Source: an uncultured archaeon (GTDB lineage: Archaea; Aenigmatarchaeota; Aenigmatarchaeia; CG10238-14). Taken from it: DNA of 27,095 nucleotides. How positions within the stretch are numbered: the first letter of the stretch is position 1; each line of letters begins with the position of its first letter. Below, in pieces: positions 7,935-14,772 of this stretch. The position numbers and the translations under genes are program-made. The DNA lies in contig CAYMPD010000002.1 in NCBI GenBank assembly GCA_964392445.1, positions 1-27,095 on the forward strand, written 5' to 3'. The notes beneath the pieces were generated by a model. That model searched no databases. It was not told the DNA's origin and saw only the letters and a program-made list of their open reading frames with translations.

Positions 7935-8168
7935 ATGAGAACTAGATTTGAAAAATTATTTACTTTTGTGAATTTTTTGAAACTACTCAGTATAGTAATT
8001 CTATTTCATCAAGTGTTAGACTTATTTTTTGAAATAAATTTAAAGGGAGAATTATCTTATTCAACAAGGATGTTCATCACAGGATTTATTACAGGTTATT
8101 TGACATTCATTATAATTAAATTCTTAGAAGACAAATTAAGAATAGGTGTCAGACGTGCGGAGGAATAA
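7935..8168 (+). CDS. Small membrane protein with two predicted TM helices (77 aa)
   Basis: ORF track; two hydrophobic segments flanked by basic residues. Confidence 0.6.
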   Translation: MRTRFEKLFTFVNFLKLLSIVILFHQVLDLFFEINLKGELSYSTRMFITGFITGYLTFIIIKFLEDKLRIGVRRAEE

Positions 8169-8244
8169 AGAACCAACTTTAATCCAAATTATAATACTCG
8201 TTTTCTTGATAATCATAATATTCAGAATAATAGGTGTCTTTTAA

Positions 8245-8472
8245 TCAACCAAACATACTAGCAAATGCATTACTAACTTCTTCTTTTTCTTCTGTTTCTC
8301 TAGATTGAGGATAGTAATATTTGGGTTCTTCTCTCTCGGGTTCTGGACATTTATGGCATACCCATTTTCCGTACTTTTTTCTTATGCACTTAACACAACC
8401 AATTGTTCCACAGTTGGCACATTCCAATAATTCATCAGTTTTACTTTTGCAATTAGGACAAAATAATTCCAT
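8245..8472 (-). CDS. Small 8-Cys zinc-finger protein with acidic, stalk-like C-terminal tail (75 aa)
   Basis: CPNC, CANC, CVKC, CHKC; ends EEKEEVSNAFASMFG. Confidence 0.85.
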   Translation of the reverse strand: MELFCPNCKSKTDELLECANCGTIGCVKCIRKKYGKWVCHKCPEPEREEPKYYYPQSRETEEKEEVSNAFASMFG

Positions 8473-8631
8473 GCTAAAATTATTGATTTTTCTTGAATTT
8501 ATAACCTAATCAAGCTCAGTGGCAACACTTATGAAAATTTCTTTGGTTGAAAAATTGTTTCAATAAACTTATTTGATTTCACAAAAATTCGTTAATAAAA
8601 TAAATCCCATTTAATTCTTGGAGGGGGTAAG

Positions 8632-8757
8632 ATGATTTGTAAATCTTGTGAGGGGTACCTAGGTTTCAGATTCACTCATGGCTTGACTTCGACGGGGCTT
8701 TGTTTAACTTGTGGGAATACTATGAATAGTAATAGGTTGGTCATGATGTTGATTTAG
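8632..8757 (+). CDS. Small Zn-ribbon protein (41 aa), not in ORF track
   Basis: MICKSCEGYLGFRFTHGLTSTGLCLTCGNTMNSNRLVMMLI; strong SD GGAGGGGGT upstream. Confidence 0.65.
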   Translation: MICKSCEGYLGFRFTHGLTSTGLCLTCGNTMNSNRLVMMLI

Positions 8758-8800
8758 ATCCTTGATAAAACTTAAATTTCCCAACCACTAATCATAGCAC

Positions 8801-9511
8801 ATGTCACAACCCTTATACCTTTTGGATTGTTATCTCAAAGAATGGGATGCTGAAGTACAATCAGTTGCTAAAGGTAAATACGTAGTTCTAGACAAAACAG
8901 CATTCTATCCCAACTCAGGAGGGCAACCACATGACACTGGTACAATGATAACCGAAGATGGTGAGGAATACAAAATAGTTTACGCAGGAAAATTCTCAGG
9001 AAAAATAAGTCATGAAGTAGGTAAAGAAGGACTGAAACCCGGAGATAAAGTTCATTGCAAAATCAATTGGGATAGAAGATACACACTAATGCGAATGCAC
9101 ACGGCCGCACATGTTTTGTCGAGGGTAATTTATGAAGCTACAGGCGCTACAACATCTGGAAATCAGTTAGGTGTTAAAAAATCTAGAATTGACTTCAGTT
9201 TGGATAATTTTGACAGAGAAAAAATCCCTAGTTGGATTGAAAAAACAAATGAAATTATTGCCAAGAAATTACCCGTGAAAAAAACTTTTATGAGACGAGA
9301 TGAAGCCATGACAATAGACGGTTTTGCAGATCCTAGTCCACATCTTGTGCAGGATTTCAATGAATTGCGGGTTGTTGATATTCAAGGCTTCGATGCCCAA
9401 CCATGTGGAGGAACTCATGTAGATAACATAGGCGAAATAAAGGGTATAGAATTTATTAAGGCGGCAAACAAAGGAAAAGATAACAGAAGAATTTATTACA
9501 GGGTAGTATGA
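8801..9511 (+). CDS. alaXM: Alanyl-tRNA editing protein AlaX (medium form)
   Basis: FYPNSGGQPHDTG, MRMHTAAH (HxxxH) and QPCGGTHV (CxxxH) zinc ligands. Confidence 0.95.
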   Translation: MSQPLYLLDCYLKEWDAEVQSVAKGKYVVLDKTAFYPNSGGQPHDTGTMITEDGEEYKIVYAGKFSGKISHEVGKEGLKPGDKVHCKINWDRRYTLMRMHTAAHVLSRVIYEATGATTSGNQLGVKKSRIDFSLDNFDREKIPSWIEKTNEIIAKKLPVKKTFMRRDEAMTIDGFADPSPHLVQDFNELRVVDIQGFDAQPCGGTHVDNIGEIKGIEFIKAANKGKDNRRIYYRVV

Positions 9512-9532
9512 TATTTCTTCTAGATTTTAGGT

Positions 9533-10942
9533 GTGGTAATAATGTCAAAAAAGAAATCCAAGAGTTTAGATTACGCAGTTAAGGATGGAATTTCTCATTC
9601 CGCAATGATGGGGATGGGTGAGAGTTATTTTAGTCCTTTTGCTATTGAACTGGGGGCATCTGATATGCAGATAGGATTTTTGACATCCATCCCCAAATTA
9701 CTCGGATCTTTATCCCAATTATTTTCCACGAGAATGACAGAGAAATTGAAAAGTAGAAAAAAAATGGTATTGATATTCGCATTAATTCAGTCATTAATCT
9801 GGATTCCAATAGGTCTTTTGGGTTTTTCTAACTTCCATGTCGTCTGGTCTTTAATTCTATTTGCAACCGTTTATTGGGTTTCAGGGTCGATAATTGTACC
9901 GGCATGGACTAGTTGGATGGGAGATTTAGTTCCGAAAAAAACACGGGGGAAATTCTTTGGTAAGAGAAGAATGTATACAGGTCTTTCTTATTTTGTATCA
10001 CTTACTTTGGCAGGGTTGATATTGTATATCTCAAATTTATACAGTCCTTTCTTAGGGTTTACTATAATATTTACTATAGCATTTATTTCAAAATTCATAT
10101 CTTGGATATATCTTAAGAAAATGGAAGAGCCTGCATTTCATGTGTATGAAGAAAGTAAGTTTACTCTTTTTGATTTTATCAGGAGGATGCCTAGAACCAA
10201 CTTTGGTAAATTTGTTATATTTCTTAGTCTAATGACTTTATCCGTCAATATAGCTTCGCCTTACTTTTCCTTGTACATGCTGAAGCACATAGGTTTTGAT
10301 TATTTGGATTACACCATAGTTTCCAGTACTTCGAACATAGTGAGTTTTATTTTCATTGGTATATGGGGAAAATATTCGGATTTTTTTGGTAATAAAAGGG
10401 TAATGTCATTGACAGGTTCTTTGATTTTTCTGATTCCAATTCTCTGGTCTTTATCAACTAGTGTAATTTATTTGGTTTTTGTGCAAATGATTTCAGGTTT
10501 TCTCTGGTCAGGATTTAACATAGCGACTTTCAATTTCATTTTTGATACTGTTTCTCCGCCTAAAAGAGTTCGAGCAGTTTCCTATTACAATGTCTTAAAT
10601 GGAATTGCTATATTTGTTGGTGCTTCTCTGGGTGGATGGTTATTAACTTTTCAGACTCCCTTTTGGACCAGTTTCATACTCTTGTTGATAGTTTCTAGTA
10701 TTGGAAGATTTTTATCAGCGAGGATTATGTTACCTAGGATAAAAGAAGTGAAATGGGTGAAAAAAAGAAAAGAAAGAAGATTACTCGTTGGTGTGATGTC
10801 AGATGTATTTGAAGGATTAAAATCACCAGTTATTTTCTTGTCTAATAGAAGGTTGATAATAAAGAGAAGAAGTGAAGTCATTTTAGATGAGATAAGGAAG
10901 TTTATTGAGAAAGCACTTGGAAAGAGAAATAAGTATGAGTGA
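9533..10942 (+). CDS. Major facilitator superfamily transporter
   Basis: About 12 hydrophobic helices, GKYSDFFGNKR loop motif in the second half, two-fold domain symmetry. Confidence 0.9.
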   Translation: MVIMSKKKSKSLDYAVKDGISHSAMMGMGESYFSPFAIELGASDMQIGFLTSIPKLLGSLSQLFSTRMTEKLKSRKKMVLIFALIQSLIWIPIGLLGFSNFHVVWSLILFATVYWVSGSIIVPAWTSWMGDLVPKKTRGKFFGKRRMYTGLSYFVSLTLAGLILYISNLYSPFLGFTIIFTIAFISKFISWIYLKKMEEPAFHVYEESKFTLFDFIRRMPRTNFGKFVIFLSLMTLSVNIASPYFSLYMLKHIGFDYLDYTIVSSTSNIVSFIFIGIWGKYSDFFGNKRVMSLTGSLIFLIPILWSLSTSVIYLVFVQMISGFLWSGFNIATFNFIFDTVSPPKRVRAVSYYNVLNGIAIFVGASLGGWLLTFQTPFWTSFILLLIVSSIGRFLSARIMLPRIKEVKWVKKRKERRLLVGVMSDVFEGLKSPVIFLSNRRLIIKRRSEVILDEIRKFIEKALGKRNKYE

Positions 10943-11073
10943 TGCAGGGGATCGGATTCGAACCGACGAACCCACTAAGGGAATAGGTTTCCCATGGTCA
11001 TAATCTTGAGCTTCGACATCATTAAATCAGCGCTCAATGATTCTATCGCGTTTGACCACTTCGCTACCCCTGC
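10943..11073 (-). tRNA. tRNA-Leu(CAA) with two introns (30/31: 11012-11042, 31 nt; 37/38: 10989-11004, 16 nt)
   Basis: Acceptor GCAGGGG/CCCCTGC, discriminator A, long variable arm, T-loop TTCGAAT; removing both segments gives stem ATAGG/CCTAT with loop CT-CAA-GA and an 84-nt body; no encoded CCA. Confidence 0.9.
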
Positions 11074-11111
11074 TTAACTAGTACAAATAATAAACAGAAA
11101 CAAAGATATTT

Positions 11112-11636
11112 TTAACTGATGTCTTCTAATTCTAATTTCAAGCCTTCAACTTGTGATTTAAGATCATCAACCACACTTTCCAATTCTGGTCCTTTATGAG
11201 ATTTGAATTCTTCTTTGAACCCTTTTGGTCTGATGAATTCTGCATCTAATCTCATTATTTTGTCATCCACATTGCGAACACTATCCTCAATCAATTTCCT
11301 ATTCTCCCCAGCTAGTCTTTCAATTTCTTTCTGAACCACTATAGCGTTTTTTACCATCATTGTCGTGGCTTTTAGATCGTTAAGCAGATTAAGAACAGAA
11401 TTATATCTATCAATTTTAACAAACAAAGGAGCGACTTTTATTTTCTCCTCTTTTTTTTCTTTTGGTTTTACTTCCTTTTCTTTTACGATTTCTATTTCAA
11501 GTTGTTCTTCTTTTGATAGCTCAGGTTTTGGTCCTGGTGATTTAGAAAAAACTTCCTCCTTAGTGACCGCTCTTTTAACTTCCTGAATATCTGTTTTAGG
11601 TCTTTCCTCCGGCTTTTTCTTTTTGAACAATCCCAT
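11112..11636 (-). CDS. Hypothetical coiled-coil protein
   Basis: ORF track 11112-11648; likely start MGLFKKKK at 11636; Lys/Glu-rich N-terminus, PLFVKIDRY motif then heptads. Confidence 0.75.
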   Translation of the reverse strand: MGLFKKKKPEERPKTDIQEVKRAVTKEEVFSKSPGPKPELSKEEQLEIEIVKEKEVKPKEKKEEKIKVAPLFVKIDRYNSVLNLLNDLKATTMMVKNAIVVQKEIERLAGENRKLIEDSVRNVDDKIMRLDAEFIRPKGFKEEFKSHKGPELESVVDDLKSQVEGLKLELEDIS

Positions 11637-11711
11637 GTTAATCCTCAAGAAATTATTTGTTGTTTGTAATAATAAAAGTTTGTTTTGAGAGTTTAAAAAG
11701 TTAGAAGTCTA

Positions 11712-11785
11712 TGCGCCGGACGGGATTTGAACCCATGCTGCAAGCTTGGCAAGCTCGCGTCCTAACCAGACTAGACTACCGGCGC
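11712..11785 (-). tRNA. tRNA-Gly(GCC)
   Basis: GCGCCGG/CCGGCGC acceptor, CGAGC-TTGCCAA-GCTTG anticodon arm, TTCAAAT T-loop, discriminator A. Confidence 0.97.
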
Positions 11786-11791
11786 TGAAAT

Positions 11792-12085
11792 CTAACCAAA
11801 AATTCCGCCAAAACCTTGCATAGCTTGGTCTTCCTCTTCCTGTATTTTCTGGATTACTTTCTCTTTTTCTTTCCCATCTACTTTTTTCCCCAATTTCTTC
11901 ATTAATTCTTCGGATTTTTTACATGCATCTTCTGATCCAGATACATAACAATAATATTTATCTTCCAATTCCAAGGCTTTACCATCCTTGAAAACAACAC
12001 TTGCTCTTCCTACCAAATCATCCTTCAATAGTTTATCTTTGACCTTTTGTAGGTCAGACTGTTCAATCTCATATATTTCTTTCAA
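11792..12085 (-). CDS. Small hypothetical protein (97 aa) with ribosomal-stalk-like C-terminus
   Basis: TTG start after SD AGGTGG; ends IQEEEDQAMQGFGGIFG. Confidence 0.8.
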   Translation of the reverse strand: MKEIYEIEQSDLQKVKDKLLKDDLVGRASVVFKDGKALELEDKYYCYVSGSEDACKKSEELMKKLGKKVDGKEKEKVIQKIQEEEDQAMQGFGGIFG

Positions 12086-12192
12086 ATAACCACCTTAACT
12101 TATTTCTATTATATTAATACTCTTATATTTTTGACTATTAGAATAAGAACTAGCTAAATCACCAATTAAAGGAGAGTAAAAGGAAAACTGAA

Positions 12193-12342
12193 CTAATTAG
12201 ACCCCTTAATAACAATACCGTAATTTTTCAGAAGCTGTATTTTGATTTTTGGATCAATAGACTTTTCAGTAACTACAACTTTCCCAGTTTCTAATGCCTT
12301 TTCTCTCATTAACGTTATTTCATCAACTTTTCTTTTTGCCAT
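12193..12342 (-). CDS. Small basic hypothetical protein (49 aa), not in ORF track
   Basis: MAKRKVDEITLMREKALETGKVVVTEKSIDPKIKIQLLKNYGIVIKGSN; SD AGGTG upstream of ATG. Confidence 0.65.
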   Translation of the reverse strand: MAKRKVDEITLMREKALETGKVVVTEKSIDPKIKIQLLKNYGIVIKGSN

Positions 12343-12446
12343 AACAACACCTATTAGACTGATAAACACTAACAGAAGTGTAAAGACTTCTTCAATATTG
12401 GTTCTAATTACTTATAAATATTTTGGTGGGAGTGTATATAAATCCA

Positions 12447-12534
12447 AGCCCTGGATGGGATTCGAACCCATGACCTATTGCTCTCTCGTATTATTAATAC
12501 GAGGCAATTGCTCTACCAACTGAGCTACCAGGGC
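12447..12534 (-). tRNA. tRNA-Thr(CGU) with canonical 37/38 intron (12483-12497, 15 nt)
   Basis: GCCCTGG/CCAGGGC acceptor, ATTGC-CT-CGT-A[intron]A-GCAAT; central BHB helix CTCG/CGAG; discriminator U. Confidence 0.95.
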
Positions 12535-12587
12535 AGAGTTTTCCTACATCTTTATTACTTTGTTTTACTATATATATCGAAGATTAA

Positions 12588-13595
12588 ATGGAAGAAGCTT
12601 TGTTATGGAATACTGAATCAGGAAAGGTCAGATGTGAATTATGCTCTTGGAGATGTTTAATCCTTGAGGACAAATCTGGTCTTTGTGGGGTTAGGGTAAA
12701 TAAAAAAGGTAGACTTTACTCGAAAAATTATGGTAAGATTGTTTTTAGGGAAGTTCAGTCAGTTGAAAAATCTCCTTTATTCCATTTTTACCCTGGGTCT
12801 CAAGCTCTTTTTCTAGGTTCATTTGGATGTAACATGAGATGTGATTTTTGTCTCAACGCTGAAATGAGTCAAAGAAAAGCAAAGAGAGTAAAAATAACCA
12901 CACCCGAAGACATAATTCAATTTCTGAATAAAAAAGACATCAAAATAATAGTTTTCACCTACACAGAACCAACAGTTAATTTCGAGTTCGCTTTCAAAGT
13001 TGTCCGACTAGCAAAAAGATACAACATAAAAACAGCCTTTGTAACAAATGGTTATATGTCTTCTGATTCTATCAAGAAAATAGGAAAATATTTGGATGCT
13101 GTAACTGTTGACCTAAAAGCCTCAGGAGATCCAGAGTTTTATAAAAAGCACGCAGGTATTCATGACGTAGAACCGATATTTGATGCCCTAAAGAATTTTA
13201 GAAAGCACAGAGTTTTCATAGAAATTTCCAATCTTATTATACCGGAAATAGGTGATAGTCAAGAACTCAACCAAAAACTCCTTTACTGGATAATCAATAA
13301 TTTAGATTCAAGTATACCTTATCATCTTTTAACATTTCAACCTTCCCATAAAATGCAAGATATTCCACAAACACAGCTACATAAACTAGAGCAGTTTGCC
13401 CAAGATGCTGAGAGAATTGGATTGAGATATATTTACATTGACAGTCAATCAATTGGTGGAAGGAACAACAATACATATTGCTACAATTGTGGGAATCTTG
13501 TTATAGAAAGAAAGGCATCTAAATTGGAAAATGTTAACCTAGTCGGAGATAGATGTCCTCATTGTGGATTTAAGATAGATGTAGTTAAAGAATAA
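12588..13595 (+). CDS. amrS: AmmeMemoRadiSam system radical SAM enzyme
   Basis: N-terminal CELCSWRC, VEKSPLFHFYPG, CNMRCDFC (CxxxCxxC), FTYTEP, VTNGY, C-terminal CYNCG...CPHCG zinc ribbon. Confidence 0.9.
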   Translation: MEEALLWNTESGKVRCELCSWRCLILEDKSGLCGVRVNKKGRLYSKNYGKIVFREVQSVEKSPLFHFYPGSQALFLGSFGCNMRCDFCLNAEMSQRKAKRVKITTPEDIIQFLNKKDIKIIVFTYTEPTVNFEFAFKVVRLAKRYNIKTAFVTNGYMSSDSIKKIGKYLDAVTVDLKASGDPEFYKKHAGIHDVEPIFDALKNFRKHRVFIEISNLIIPEIGDSQELNQKLLYWIINNLDSSIPYHLLTFQPSHKMQDIPQTQLHKLEQFAQDAERIGLRYIYIDSQSIGGRNNNTYCYNCGNLVIERKASKLENVNLVGDRCPHCGFKIDVVKE

Positions 13596-13626
13596 TTATA
13601 TTAAACTAAAAACCGAATTATTCAAT

Positions 13627-14520
13627 ATGAAACGTTCCATTCTATTTTTTCTAACTTTGTTGATTCTCTTCCAGATAACATCAGCTCAGGTTGTCAAAGA
13701 GATGAATACTAGTCTTGATATCATATCTAACGACGAAGTGAACATGGAAATAACATTTAGGTTTCCACATACACTTGGGGAAGTTTATTTTTCTATACCC
13801 CATCCGATAAACAATTTAGAAGTGGAAAGAGGTAAATGTCATGTTGAGGAGTATGTTAACAATATCCTAGTCTGTGAGTCAGAATCCCCCTTCATTGTCG
13901 GGGAAATCATAGTTAGAGTTAATTTTAACACGGAAGGAATGATAACAAAAAAACAAAACAAAACGTTTTTCGAGATGGATATACCAATACTACAAGAAAC
14001 TCAAGAAGTTAATATAGTTTCAAAACTTCCAGAATTGATGGTTCTTGTTGACAATGAATTATTACCACTTTCACCATCTGGTGCTGATATAGGAAGTGAT
14101 GGGAGAAGGATTATAACTAAATGGGGCTTTGGTAGACAATACAAAGGAGATATAATACCGTTAAGAATATACTATGAAAATCTTAATCCAACTAATTTTA
14201 TTCGTCTGATAGATACTAAATGGTTAATAATTATTCTTTTGGTAATAGTGGTTGGTATTATCATGATTTATAATAAAATATCTAAAAGATCCAAAGTTTT
14301 TTTATCCGTTTTGAATGAAGCTGAAAGAATTATTGTTAATATAATTCAAGAGCAAGGTGGTAATGATGTTGATCAAAGGAAGTTGGTCAGACAATCTGGA
14401 TTTTCAAAAGCAAAAGTTAGTAGAATACTTCAGAGTTTGGAAGAAAGAGGGGTTATTTCTAGGGTAAGGGTTGGAAGAAGAAAAAAAGTTACACTGGAAA
14501 AAGAGTTCCGTGAAGAATAA
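13627..14520 (+). CDS. Membrane-anchored winged-helix protein (signal peptide, extracellular domain, TM, C-terminal wHTH; COG2512-like)
   Basis: Signal peptide ending ITSA, TM WLIIILLVIVVGIIMIY, C-terminal LNEAERIIV...QRKLVRQSGFSKAKVSRILQSLEERGVISR. Confidence 0.85.
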   Translation: MKRSILFFLTLLILFQITSAQVVKEMNTSLDIISNDEVNMEITFRFPHTLGEVYFSIPHPINNLEVERGKCHVEEYVNNILVCESESPFIVGEIIVRVNFNTEGMITKKQNKTFFEMDIPILQETQEVNIVSKLPELMVLVDNELLPLSPSGADIGSDGRRIITKWGFGRQYKGDIIPLRIYYENLNPTNFIRLIDTKWLIIILLVIVVGIIMIYNKISKRSKVFLSVLNEAERIIVNIIQEQGGNDVDQRKLVRQSGFSKAKVSRILQSLEERGVISRVRVGRRKKVTLEKEFREE

Positions 14521-14680
14521 GTCAAAATATATGGTAAAAATATAAAATTCCTTAAAAGTCTTTTTTAGAAAAAAGAAATCCTATAAAGCCTTTTGGAACA
14601 ATTAGAAAATATATAAGAGCTTATTTTTGATTTTAGAGTATATTTTGATATCTCAGAAAAACTTCATGAAACAGTTACGG

Positions 14681-14694
14681 GAAAGGTTTATATA
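14681..14694 (+). promoter_or_regulatory. BRE/TATA promoter of the S-layer gene
   Basis: GAAAGG followed by TTTATATA (14687-14694); predicted start site near 14720. Confidence 0.7.
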
Positions 14695-14721
14695 CCCTCT
14701 GGAAGTAATTAGTTAGTAAAA

Positions 14722-14756
14722 GTAGACGCAAGTCTACGCTTTCCGTGAAAACGGAA
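14722..14756 (+). promoter_or_regulatory. Two tandem GNRA-tetraloop hairpins in the S-layer 5' leader
   Basis: GTAGAC-GCAA-GTCTAC (14722-14737) and TTCCGT-GAAA-ACGGAA (14741-14756), followed by SD GGTGA at 14761. Confidence 0.8.
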
Positions 14757-14772
14757 TATTGGTGAAATAAAA

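Noticed and set aside
8512-8523. AGCTCAGTGG resembling a tRNA D-arm
   Set aside because: No acceptor, anticodon or T arm nearby.
8547-8563. Inverted repeat TTGAAA-N5-TTTCAA between divergent Zn-finger genes
   Set aside because: 6-bp AT-rich arms are expected by chance at this base composition; seen only once.
12242-12660. Track ORFs 12242-12523 and 12478-12660
   Set aside because: They overlap tRNA-Thr and the SD-supported minus-strand ORF 12193-12342; spurious.
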